Below are positions 25,891 to 38,137 of a DNA stretch of 64,000 nucleotides, in pieces. The DNA is from Somniosus microcephalus (Eukaryota). Every line of letters begins with the position of its first letter. Within the stretch, counting starts at the first letter, position 1. The DNA lies in the NCBI GenBank assembly GCA_052327205.1, contig CM126234.1, positions 22,382,001 through 22,446,000 on the forward strand, in the 5' to 3' direction. A program made the position numbers and the translations under genes. The notes below the pieces were generated by a model, which was not told where the DNA came from, searched no databases, and was given only the letters and a program-made list of their open reading frames with translations.

Positions 25891-26394
25891 GTATGTATCC
25901 AGCATTTTTTGTACTTTTTGAGAACTTGGTGGCGGGGGGCGGCGGTGGGGTGGAGTATGAAATAGTGAAGTCTGGTTCTGTAGTGGCTCACTTAGTGGTC
26001 AAAGAATAATATCTGTGTTTAATCCAGTATAATGCATTTAAGGTGCAGAGAACTATGAGTGCCAGTCTTGCCAAAATGTACTGTGAGGATGAGGCTTGGT
26101 CTCGTAAACTAATCTAAAGTGCGTTTAAGAGCTATGTCAATGAGGTGCCACCAAGTGGTTAATTGGGTGACTGTCGGGCTTATTCTGACAAAGAAATTGG
26201 TTAAGTGATGGGGGGTTTTGGTCAGTAGGTTAATAGTCTTTAGTGAGAACTTGAAGGAGGCCAGTTCTCCAAGAGGCGTACTGGGCCAAACAAAGCCTGA
26301 CCCATTTCTTTTTTCCATAAATAACATGGAGTACAGGACCCCTATATCATTAATATTTTGCTCATTTTTTCCAGAGGCAAACATACTTTCAAAT

Positions 26395-27915
26395 GAAAAT
26401 GCTGGAAAAACTCAGCAAGTCAGGCAACATCCGTGGAGAGAAATTTGAGTTGACGTTTCGGGTTTGACCCTTCTTCAAAACTGGAGAGAAAAGGAACTAG
26501 ATCGAAGGCAGGGCTGCGATCGGACAAAAGAATAAAAGAACCAAAAGAAGTAAAAGAGATTAGAAGCTAGACGAGATGGTAATAGGCTGTGATTAGGTGT
26601 AAAGTGTACTGGCCTCGACTTCTCCGTCTCCATCTCTGGGGATAGGTTATCGACCAATATTTACTACAAGCCCACTGACTCCCACAGCTACCTGGACTAC
26701 ACTTCCTCCCACCCCGCTTCCTGTAAGGACTCTATTCCATTCTCCCAGTTTCTCCGCCTCCGCCGTATCTGCTCCGACGATGCCACCTTCCACACCAGTG
26801 CTTCAGACATGTCTTCCTTTTTCCGCAACCGAGGATTCCCCTCTACCGTGGTTGACACTGCCCTCGACCGTGTCAGTTCTATCTCCCGCACCTCTGCCCT
26901 CACCCCTGCCCCTCCCTCCCGGAACCACGATAGGGTTCCCCTTGTCCTCACCTTTCACCCCACCAGCCTCCACATTCAACGGATCATCCTCCGGCATTTC
27001 CGCTACCTCCAAAGTGATCCCACCACCAAACGTATCTTCCCCTCCCCTCCCCTTTCAGCATTCCGCAGGGACCGCTCTCTCCGAGACACCCTAGTCCACT
27101 CCTCTATCACCCCAAACAGCCCTTCCCCTTTGCCTGGCACCTTCCCGTGCAAGCGGAGGAGATGTAACACCTGCCCCTATGCCTCCCCACTGTCCAGGGC
27201 CCCAAACACCCCTTCCAGGTGAAACAGCGATTTACTTGTACTTCTCGCAATCTAGTATACTGTATTCGCTGCTCACGATGCGGTCTCCTCTACATTGGGG
27301 AGACCAAACGCAGATTGGGTGACCGCTTTGCGGAACACCTCCGTTCAGTCCGTAAGGGTGACCCCGAGCTTCCGGTCGCCTGTCATTTCAATTCACCACT
27401 CCATTCCCACTCGGACCTCACCGTCCTTGGCCTCTTGTACTGTTCCACGGAAGCTCAACGTAAACTCGAGGAACAGCACCTCATCTTCCGATTAGGCAGT
27501 CTGCAGCCTTCCGGTCTCAATATCGAGTTCAACAATTTCAGATCATAACCTCGGCCCCTATTTCATTTTCACTTATATTTTTCCACTCCTTTCCTTTCCG
27601 CCCCCCCCCTTTCCTTTTGTTTCTCTCTCACACCTGGCAGCTATCTTTTGCCCTGCCAGTACACTTTACACCTAATCACAGCCTATTACCATCTCGTCTA
27701 GCTTCTAATCTCTTTTACTTCTTTTGGTTCTTTTATTCTTTTGTCCGATCGCAGCCCTGCCTTCGATCTAGTTCCTTTTCTCTCCAGTTTTGAAGAAGGG
27801 TCATACCCGAAACGTCAACTCAAATTTCTCTCCACGGATGTTGCCTGACTTGCTGAGTTTTTCCAGCATTTTCTGTTGTTATTTCGGATTTCCAACATCT
27901 GCAGTATTTTGCTAT
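26395..27915 (+). mobile_element. 5'-truncated Penelope-like retroelement (RT C-terminus and GIY-YIG endonuclease) with an inverted terminal repeat
   Basis: ORFs 26809-27222 and 27219-27548 (NLVYCIRCSRCGLLYIGETKRRLGDRFAEH...GLN). Inverted arms at 26395-26613 and 27655-27873. TSD CATACTTTCAAAT at 26382 and 27916. Confidence 0.93.
27786..27820 (+). ncRNA. Minimal type I hammerhead-ribozyme-like motif in the Penelope repeat (inverted copy at 26448-26482, - strand)
   Basis: AGTT-TTGAAGA-A-GGG(TCATA)CCC-GAAAC-GTC-AACT: stem I, CUGANGA-like core with U at position 3, stem II, GAAA, GUC cleavage triplet. Confidence 0.62.
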
Positions 27916-28795
27916 CATACTTTCAAATGAAGCCTTCTAAAAATATAAAACTGATTTTAACAATAAAATCTCAGTACATTTTGAGACTGGCAGCAAATGT
28001 TATTAATAGTGAATGCAAGCTGGAGATGCAGTGCTTTCGCTTGTAAAGTCATTATACAGAAATTGAAGCCAATTGTTGTCCGATATTCATAAAAACATTC
28101 GTTTGTATTTTATTGCTGTGTAAAGAAAAATTGAGAGCCAGTTTATAATGTAACCTTCTCCACTAACCATCTTTCAATCAATGTCCTCTCCCTAAATAAT
28201 TTGAATGTTAACTTATGGCAAAGTATGTTTTATGGTATTGTAATCATGTGGAATTTTAGCTCTGTCACCAAAGGTACAGTCTGTGATTTAGTTTTCACTG
28301 TTTGAAGGATTTGTCCATGCAAATCTGTTGACTGTGGTGGGTTGTTTTATTGTAACATTGATCTTAATATGTAGACCTTTTCCCAAATGATTAAGTTGCC
28401 ATATCAAATATGGGTGTTTGCTGAAGAAAGAAGGTGTTGACTTCATAAAGCTATGTGTAAAAATGTTTGCCTATGATTTTAAATGGCAGATTTTAGTCTG
28501 GAATGCTGCAGAACAGTGGACCCCATTCAGATCTGTGATGGGCATCCTCAATGCAATGCTTCCCTTAAATCTGCCAGAGGAATTCCTTCAGTAACTGCGG
28601 CCAATGTTAACGTTCTGACAGGTACTTTTCACCATGGGATAACTGGAGAGCACATTTTCTTAATACAACTACTTTCAAACTTTTTGAAATTGCAAATACA
28701 GCTGCTGTAAATTCCAGTATATAATTTGCACCTCAATATAAGTTGCTGTCATTTTATGGTTGCCATTCCGGTAAAAACCCTAGAAGTGCCGTTTA

Positions 28796-29117
28796 CAGGA
28801 AACTTTCGATTAACCGGCCCCTAAATAACCAGAAATGTCGGTTAACCGGCAAAATTCAGGAGTCGGTTTCAGCTAACTTTTATAACTTTTATTACTTGCA
28901 CAGCAACAAATTGAGGAAGGCAAGGGTTTGGCTGCAGCTACAGAGACGCTTGCAACTTGTGGACGTTGTTCTGAAGCTGTTGCTAAGCAACAGGGTTTGT
29001 TGCTTCATACGGAGCTCTAAGGTCCGTATCTTTCCCTATAGCGTTCGGTTATCCGGAATTGTTGCTGAACCGGCACCACGTCGGTCCCGTCCGTGCCGGA
29101 TACCAAAAAGTTTCCTG
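28796..29117 (-). mobile_element. TA-flanked MITE, copy 3 (inverted)
   Basis: TA|CAGGAAACTTTC...AAAAGTTTCCTG|TA. Confidence 0.88.
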
Positions 29118-29384
29118 TACTTCCCAATATTTCGACAACATGTGATCTTGCACACCAGATTTTGAAGACTTAGAAGCTGAATTCAAACCCATGAATGAGT
29201 TCTTATGAAAGTCCTGTCTGCTACTTTCATGGTGTTAACTTATTTCAACTAAACAGGTTAACATCTTTGTTGACTAGCAGACAGGAATTTCACACAAACA
29301 CATTTGTTGCTAATGTTGCTCAGTGAATCAATGATCATTCTCTAAATGACACATAATGCATGTTATTTCCCTATAATATATATT

Positions 29385-29563
29385 GGGGTCGAAATTTGCC
29401 TTAAGCAGTCGTGCAGAATGGGCAGTATCAAATCGGCCGTCCATTATACATCCCGCCCGATATTCATTGATTTCAATAGAACTGAATATCAAGCCGGGCG
29501 TATAACAGGCGGCCTATGCGATACCCCACATTTAGCATCCCCACCCAAGTCTAATTTATCCCG
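29385..29563. mobile_element. Small palindromic GGGG..AAATT MITE. Relatives near 31447-31620, 51902-52518 and 56823-56985.
   Basis: Ends ggggtcgaaattt / aatttatccc; internal inverted catcccgcccg / cgggcgtata. Confidence 0.6.
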
Positions 29564-30254
29564 CCTGCACTGTGTTATCATCTGTTGGTTCCCCAATGTA
29601 TAAAATGTGTATTACTTCAATAACTGTAGTCTTCCATTTTTATTATATAAGCCTAGAAATTACACTGTTATTACTGTATCAACGCTTAATGCATTTGTAT
29701 CAAATTCTTTTGTCTGCTATTTTAATTGAGGCACTAACCATTTTAAAGGAATGGGTTAATGCCGCCGTTAAAGTAGTGGTTAAAGTAATATCGCACAGCG
29801 TAATTTCTGGACGATGGTTTAAAACCGTGTTTCTCTCTGTAATAAGCTAAATAGCATAAATACCCATGTTTATTCTTGGCATGTTATAGGCATATATAGG
29901 AAATATATGTTTTTGTAGAGAGATTTTACACGTTTGTGTTAAGGAGTTGAAATTCCACTGTAATAGTTGGTTAATACATTCACATGAAATCTTTTCAACA
30001 AAATCTCTAACCCATTTATTTTAAAGAAACAAAGGAAGCGAGCACATTAGCCAATGCATTACAAATGCCATACAATGGAACTCTGAACATGATGGAGAAT
30101 AGCATAAAGTATACAAAATGGTGAAAAAAACATGAGATATGAGCTTAACCCACACACTATTCTCATTATAAAGTGGGTGAATTTTGCAACACGTAGACAC
30201 TTTGATTTAATTGTTGAAGTTTAATAGTTTCAACAGGTCTCACTTTGTTATTTT

Positions 30255-30900
30255 TTTAATTCATTCTCGGGGTGCGGGCGTCGCTGGCAAGGCCAGCATT
30301 TATTGCCCATCCCTAATTGCCCTTGAGAAGGTGGTGGTGAGCCGCCTTCTTGAACCGCTGCAGTCCGTGTGGTGAAGGTACTCCCACAGTGCTGTTAGGG
30401 AGGGAATTCCAGGATTTTGACCCAGCAACGATGAAGGAACGACGATATATTTCCAAGTCAGGATGGTGTGTGACTTGGAGGGGAACTTGGTGGTGGTGGT
30501 GTTCCCATGCGCCTGCTGCTATTGTCCTCCTAGGTGGGGGCGGTCTTGTGTTCGGGAGGTGCTGCGGAAGAAGTCTTGGCAAGTTGCTGCAATGCATCCT
30601 GTAGATGGTACACACTGCAGCCATGGTACGCCGGTGGTAGAGGAAGTGAATGCTTAAGGTGGTGGATGGGGTGCCGATTAAGTGGACTGCTTTCTCCTGG
30701 ATGGTGTCGAGCTTCTTGTTTCTTGTTGGAGCTGCACTCATCCAGGCAAGTGGAGAGTATTCCATCACACTCCTGACTTGTGCCTTGTAGGTCGCGAGAG
30801 GCTTTGGGGAATCTGGGGATGAGCCACTTGTTGCAAAATACCCAGCCTCCGACCTGCTCTAGTAGCCACGGCATTGATGTGGCTGGTCCAGTTAAGTTTC
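30255..30900 (-). mobile_element. Non-LTR retrotransposon (CR1/L2 group) 3' fragment. Shorter copies at 35735-35835 and 45225-45400.
   Basis: ORF MEYSPLAWMSAA...KLDTIQ...HRR..AA...IYRMH...WNSLP. Confidence 0.82.
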
Positions 30901-30911
30901 TGAGTCATTTT

Positions 30912-31376
30912 CATGCACACCATCAGTGCCAGGTTGAACTCACAGAAGGCCCACTTGACAAATGTGGGAGGGGAACCCTACCATGGTATTGGTAAATTCA
31001 AAAACATTTTGGTTTATTTGCATCTGCATGTCTTCACTGTTAATAGAAAATACATCCATTGAATAGTTTGTGTTTTTGTTTTAAGTTGATCTATTGATTT
31101 AACATCTGAAATGTCACTGTGTGATATTGGTCATTCTTGGTTAATAAGCCACCAATTTTACTGTCTTTATTGCTTCCTTAATAGGCTGAAACACTTCAAT
31201 ATTTATTATTCTCTGAAGAAAGTTTGCTATTTTAGTCTTTCAATCCTCTCTTCCCCCTTACTTTGTCCAATACCCTTAGATTCTCCTCACTTAAGTAGAC
31301 TGTCCAGGACTGGAGGTGTCTCCATGCACACCATCAGTGTCAGGTTGAACTCACAGAAGGCCCACTTGACAAATGT
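30912..31376. repeat. 54-bp direct repeat (30912-30965 and 31323-31376)
   Basis: catgcacaccatcagtg(c/t)caggttgaactcacagaaggcccacttgacaaatgt occurs twice with one mismatch. Confidence 0.85.
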
Positions 31377-33547
31377 AGGTGCAGACTCTACCATAGTTGG
31401 AGTCTGCTTTATTCTGCTCAAGTAACCAGGCTAAGACTATTAAGCCTAGGGGGTGAAATTGGACATAGGTGGGACCTAAACAGAGAGTTGCATTGGTCGC
31501 CCATTATACACCCAGCCCCATATTCAGTTCCATTGACTTCATTGGGCGTGTTGCATAAAGGGCGGCAAAAATGATCCCGCCTGTTTTGCGTCCTCGCCCG
31601 TGTCCCATTTTAGCCCCCATGTTTCTAGAGTGAGTCCGAATATCACGTTCTTCTAGAGCAACATCATAAAACTTTATATGAAGAACATTTATAATGACTT
31701 GGTGTTTTAGCCCTATGATGTTTCCAATAATTGTTTTGACACCTGTCGGTGTAATGTGGGCATGAAAAAACATGGAGGCAAAATGGTGGAGAATGACCTA
31801 TATTAGTATTTTGCCTGTGGATTTGAATTTCCATTTCGGTTGAATTGATTAGATAAACGCATACTAATTAACATGTTACATACAGATCTCATTAACTTCC
31901 CTTTCAGAGTCTTGGACGATCAGCATCCTTACTTTCCCTTTTGGCTTCGGGTACAATACCCATTGTAAACAGGTGGATGTGAGCATGCTTAGTATTTCTT
32001 CTTGGCTGAAGGTGAACTAATACAGAGTTCATAACCTGTAGACCAATTTGTTGTATAGTTCCTTTCCTTGTAGAGAAGATTGTTCCCTATTGTGTTTAGA
32101 GCGAACACCGATAGTATTGTAAACTCCTGTTTAGATTTATTTCCTTATAGAAGGCTTTGAATTGTTTCAGTTCACTGTGTGTCTTTGTGTAAGTGCAAAA
32201 AATGAATTGATTTTCGATGTTTTCCAATTGTGCGAAACAACTCCTATTGACCCCTCTGAGTACTGAAGACAGATTTTGGTCTGCTATATTGTTTATGGTT
32301 ACTAACTTTCTCAGCACTTTCCTGGTGTCATTTCTAGGGATGAGTGCAACCTGTAGTGCCAATTACCTCTATTAAATGACGATTGTTTATTCAGTTATTT
32401 GAGTCAATTATAAGCCTAGCCAAAATGCTGAGTCCAAAGTCATAACGGATAAAGCAAATGTTTCCATCAATTCTTAAGTGGGTGGCTTATCTCTACAATA
32501 CTGTCTTTAGTGCTCAGAGTGTTTTAAAAAAACTAGTTAGAATGCTCACAAAATGGGTTCTGTTCCTCCCTTTGTTTATGACCAAGCATCTTTTTTCACT
32601 AGAATAAACAGGGGTATTAAAAAGCATGGATCAGGGGAGATACTGGTACATTTACTCTGCACATGCATCATACATACGTGATATATAATATGATTTGTTT
32701 GGACTCTCCATCATTGTAAAAGAGTTGCATTACTGTACCAGTACAACAGAGACACAATTGCAATGCTATTAATTAGTTATCCAAAATAGATCAATTCTGA
32801 ACACAATCAGATATCAAGCCATGTTGAATAGGCGATGCCTTGTGTTGAAACAGCATTCTGCCCTTTCACCTCTTAAATCTGAATTTTAATCCCACTTGGA
32901 GAAATAGTGAGAGATCCTCTTTTTTTCTCCTAGCAGGAAGGGGTACAAATGAAATTAATTTCAGTTAACTGCACGTATTAAAACGGATGTGTCTCAAATC
33001 TGTAAATTTGAGCCTGTCTTTTTCCTTTTCCCCTGCCCCTAAGCCTTTCTGCTGTGTGGCACACCCATACAGAGGCTGAGTAGACAACTGGGGAAAAAAA
33101 CATTGGCGAAGTCTTAAACTTTATGCCAAATTTTATGTGAAGGCAATATATTCGACCAGGTATTGTCTTCAAGTAGCACCTTTCCAGTGAGTCATTTCAA
33201 GCCTGACTAACAAGTAATGTCTAAGACACTTCTTAAATATTTGTGATTGATTATTGGTAGGTAAAGAGATACCATAGCTTTAAATGAAAATTTTCTGGGG
33301 GACCCACTTGCTTTGTAAATGCACGTTTTGTTCAACTAAATATAAGTACAAAGGGTTGAATGTGACCAAACTTAATACATCACCAAGTGCCAGTGTGACT
33401 ATCCATTGGTAATAGTTTGTTTGCAGACCGAACTCTCTGTCCCCTCTGCCACCCCTCACCCCCCCTTTCCAGTGCCTCTGTATATAAAGGATATATCAGA
33501 GGTTAGTTTGATATGCAGCACAGATTTACCTGTATTCTTTTTTGTAG

Positions 33548-33629
33548 GTACCTTTTATTTGTGTGGCTTAATTTTCTGGGCTTTTTCTCCCCTCACTTCG
33601 ATTGGATCTTCACAAAGTAAAGGGCAAGG
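33548..33629 (+). other. scn8a: Poison exon homologous to SCN8A exon 18N (82 nt, in-frame stop)
   Basis: tttgtag|GTACC...GTAAAGGGCAAGG|gtaagg. Phase-0 reading VPFICVA* with TAA at 33569-33571. Lies about 300 bp upstream of 18A, and both ends resemble mammalian 18N as I recall it. Confidence 0.85.
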
Positions 33630-33923
33630 GTAAGGTTCTTATCATCCATTGGGCGTTTTCCTCCAACAGGTCCCCCTTTAGTTGTCTGTGTGTCTGTGAC
33701 CCTTCTTTTTCACTTTTCTTCCTTTTGTTCTATCTTATGCCTCTTCTCAACTACGCATTTCCTTCTAGGTCACTGGGAATTACTTCAGGCAAGGGAAGTA
33801 GGGAGCTGACCTCAGTTCATCGCAACGAGCTTGGGGCAATCTTACAATTAGTCCACTTTGTTTCATCAGTGATAGGGCCTTTGCTAACAGTATTGGGAAC
33901 TTTGCTTTTTTGTTTCTGTATAG

Positions 33924-34064
<141 letters not shown>

Positions 34065-34072
34065 TGACCTTC

Positions 34073-34824
34073 TGCATGCATATGAGAAAAAGTTTAAGCA
34101 TGCTAGAATTGATCAATAAACTCTAGGGAGGGGGAAATTAACCATGACACAGCTGCTGAACTTATCCCCTCTCCCTGTTATTCCCCACCTGCACCCTCTC
34201 CTGAAAAGGAGATACATTAGGCTGCCTCATCACATTAGATTGGCCCAAACTACATGCCATCGTAGAACATACATCAGCTGTTCTCATTTGGCCTGGCTTT
34301 CCTTTAATGTTTAAAAGGGTTTTTCTGCTGTAACCTAAACAGAGAATCACCAGGTGCAAAGATGTATGCATGAAGCATATGCTTAAATATGGATCAGGCA
34401 GAATGAATGACCGATGAAAATTGAAAATGATAGACACAGTGCCAAACTTAATTACATTTTTCAATTGGGGAATGTAGTTTTTTATGCAAATGAGGTAAAA
34501 TTGACTGTTTTTGAATTCTGAATGTGCTTGTTGTCAGAAATACATATTTTTAGGCTTTCTAAATATATGCATGGCCATGGTGTTCATCTTCTTGTACCTG
34601 GTTGTTCTCAATCCAGTCCAGTGGAGACTGGTGGCCTTGTCTGACAGCTTTTCCTTCCACTTCCTCCCTTCTTTATACCATGCTCTATGGTACCCCTGTT
34701 GTGTCACTTTAAAAGAATCTGATCACAATCAAGCATTGCACTGAATGAGTTTGATGCCATCATAACATTAGAAAGATTTGAAATAATTTAATGTGGGATG
34801 AGACTCACTGCTGTTGATTGCATG
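34073..34824 (+). promoter_or_regulatory. Rbfox (T)GCATG intronic splicing enhancer cluster downstream of exon 18A
   Basis: TGCATG at 34073, 34367, 34568 and 34819; GCATG at 34098. The first site is 27 nt from the donor. Confidence 0.7.
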
Positions 34825-35984
34825 GAATCCATATTGAATAATCGGTCACACATTTTGAAGGTGCATATAAATTACTATGTACCGATACCTTTGTTTTAAA
34901 ATACCAAATATACAGCACAGACCTTCCAATGCTCTTAAGGGACGATGTGTTGAAAAATTGGAATTTTTCCCACTATTGCATTCAATGACTTGCAAGCATC
35001 CCTAGGTTAGATGTATGGTATGGTTGAGTGAGACTGTTTGGCTCTAACAGTATTCTCAAACAATGCAGTCTAAACCCCCAACCTTAGAAGAGGTCAAAGT
35101 GCAGTGAAAGGTGACTTATAGAATAACGGATGGAGGGAATGTGTGACAAAGGTGTATGTAATCCCTGATGAGCTACACTCATAACGTACAGACTCACAAT
35201 CACAAACTCGTAACTCATCACTGACCATCAGTTATGTTATACAATGCAGCACATTTTAAACATACTTTTATACTTGCCTTGTGTTTGAAAGGTGGCTGCC
35301 ATTATGTCAAGGTGAGTAGATTACAGTGACTAACAGTCAGTTTCTACTTAAGGACAACAAATGCATTATTTCAGCAGTGGGGCATTAGAAACTCCAGGTG
35401 TGTTCTGGCATCAGATTGTGTACAGTGCAAGAGGGTTTTTGTCCCAAAAAATATAAGATTGTGCACACTATAGAGGTTTAAAATCACTGGGCAATTGTAT
35501 AGTTGGTAACTAAGGGTAGGTGATGTGCCTAACTATTAATCAAACACAGAGGTTCTATGGCAATCTTGGTCACTAGTGTTTTTGAGATGCCACTCTGGAT
35601 GTTTTGTATAGATACAGAATCTCAATATATGCTGTCACTTTAAAAATAGTGGGGAAATAGGAATCTTTATTTTTCCCCACGATTAGGCTTAGACTTAGAC
35701 CAGTGTTTCTTTTCCTTGAAAAGAAATTAGAATTCTTTTTGTCTTCGGGATGTGTAAAACACTGTCAAAGCTGCATTTATTGTCCATCCCTACTTGCCCA
35801 GAGGAGTGAGATGGTGAGTTGCCGCCTTGAACTGGTGGTTTCAGCGCATAGTTCTTCAGATTAACGGAAAGGATTCAGAATCGCAAAGCTTGTTTCTCTT
35901 TGATATTCCTTAAAGCCATTGATACAGGCTGTAATCTTGAGCTGAATTCAACTGAATTCAGTAGAATACAAGTCAGCGAAAGTT

Positions 35985-36660
35985 GTGGTCAAACTGTACC
36001 GTGCTCTGGCCAGAGTGCACCTCAAGCAATGTGTCCAGTTCTAGTCAGCAAGATACAAGAGAAACATTCAAGTGTTGGAGCCAGTGCAGAAAAGAGATAC
36101 GAGGCTGATCCCTAAATAGAGGGTCTAAATTATGAGGAAAGCCTGGAGATGCTTGGGCTTTTCTCTCTGGAAAGAAGGTATCTGAGAGGTGATCTTATAG
36201 AGGGATATAAGATAGTAAATGATATGGAAAACATTAATCACATAGAAATTACAACACAGAAACAGCCCATTTGGCCCAAGCAGTAAGTCCTAATCCCATG
36301 TGCATCTCCTGTTCCCATGTCCCTTCATTCCCTTTTCCTTCAACCACCTCTCTAACCAATTTTTAAATGGTCTCTGCTTCAATCACTAACTCTGGTAGTG
36401 AATTCCACAGCCTCAAAATCTGTGTAAAATTACCTCTCCTGCTTTTGATCCTAAATCACTTCTATTTAACCTTGTATCCAAGTCTCCTCATTCTTGACCC
36501 CTTAACCACTGGAAACAGTATGTTTTTATCTACTCTGTCCCATCTCTTCATAATTTTAAACACCTTAATCAAATCACCCCTTAATCTCCTCTGTTTTGAA
36601 GAAAACAGCCCCAATTTAAGTCTGTCTTTGTATTTGTATTTTCTCATACCAGACAGTGCA
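35985..36660. mobile_element. Two decayed CR1 fragments: + strand 35985-36240 (resumes near 37290-37440) and - strand 36240-36660
   Basis: LGLFSSKQRRLRGDLIKVFKIMK on the - strand; gggcttttctctctggaaagaagg on the + strand. Confidence 0.78.
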
Positions 36661-36685
36661 CTGGTGAGATAGAAATGACATCGTG

Positions 36686-37195
36686 GAACTGGGAGGTAGT
36701 GGGGCCATGCTTCCCTGGTGCTCAGTATAACCATGTACAGGAGTGTCCTGCAGGTGCTGGTATAGTGACTACAGCTATTTCCAAATCACTTTGTCCTGCT
36801 GTGAAACTGGAAGACATTTCTAGCAACCACTTTTGAATACCTTAATTCAGCATTTGATCTGGACTGGGTACATGTGTACACACACTCAATGTGACAAATT
36901 TTGTTCTATTGGGTTTTAAGTTTGGCCAATGGTTGTACATTTGAATGAACATTGTTACTCCAGGTTAACTCATCAGATCAAATGCTGAATTAAGGTATTT
37001 ATACTGAGCACCAGGGAAGCATGGCCCCACTACCTCCCAGTTCATTCGTTATCCAATTAAATACCACATGAAGTAAATATCAAGTTAACCAAGCTGTAAA
37101 TGTCCATTTCAAATGTACATACATTGGCCAAACTTAAAACCCAATAGAACAAAATTTGTCACATTGAGTGTGTGTACACATGTACCCAGTCCAGA
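36686..37195. repeat. Compound inverted repeats (45, 26 and 74 bp perfect arms)
   Basis: A 36686-36730 / A' 36999-37043; B 36836-36861 / B' 36974-36999; C 36858-36931 / C' 37122-37195. Confidence 0.9.
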
Positions 37196-38137
37196 ACCAC
37201 ACTGGGAAGCCAGCCATCCGCATGCTGCACAGGACCATTAGAGTCACTGATACACAGAGAAACATCTTGTGGTGAATTTGATAATAACAGGCCTGTAGAT
37301 AAAGAATACGGAATACTGCTTTAAATTAAGCTGTAGGAGTAGGAATAAGGTGACACGGATTCAAGCTCGTAAAAGGTAACTTTAGGACTGATACCAGAAA
37401 ATTCTTTACACGGAGAATGGTCAACATTTGAAATGGCATTCCAGGAGACATTTGGTTAAGCCAGCTTGCAGCTGAGCCGCACAGGTCAGAAGGTCCCAGA
37501 TTTGATGTATTAGCTGTGCTGCATTAGCTGATTTGCATCTCGATGGGAGTAGGGGTGTTACTGAATTAGGGAGGTGGAAAGATCAACCAAGATGGTTTTC
37601 CTGATGGCCATCTAAGACCCTTGCTGCAAGATATGCATGTGTGTACAGGATCGGGGCTGAGGGTGTGATGCCCCATGTGGTAAAATAACCTGCCGATACT
37701 GATGGCTAGAAGACCTGAAGAATGGCCATTTGGAGAAGGTACTGGGGAACAATTGGAACCTGTACTCCAAGAAGGAGTTGGTGCTTTGGGAAGAACAGGA
37801 GTGGAGAAAATTGATTGAGGAAAATGAAAAAAAGAAAGCAATCCAACGATGTTCTGCTTCATAATTCAAGGAGCAAGTTAAATTGCCCGGCATCACAAAT
37901 TCATAATTCTACCTGAAAGGATCCTGGATCGGCCGAGTTGGCTCCAGTAACCTGATGTTGTGGATGTATCTCTATTGGTGCATCTTTGTATCCACAGTAA
38001 AGTACAGGAAGTTCCCTGACTATTCCCTCTAATCTGGTAGTGTAGTCTTCTTGAAATTCCTGATCATTACGCAGTATGTTTTGAACCTTTGAAGTCTTCT
38101 AGATTGTTACCACCTGAACGTAATAACAAACGCTACT

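Noticed and set aside
32830-32960. Possible second LF-SINE-like head
   Set aside because: Only a short gccctttcacctct match; too degraded to support a call.
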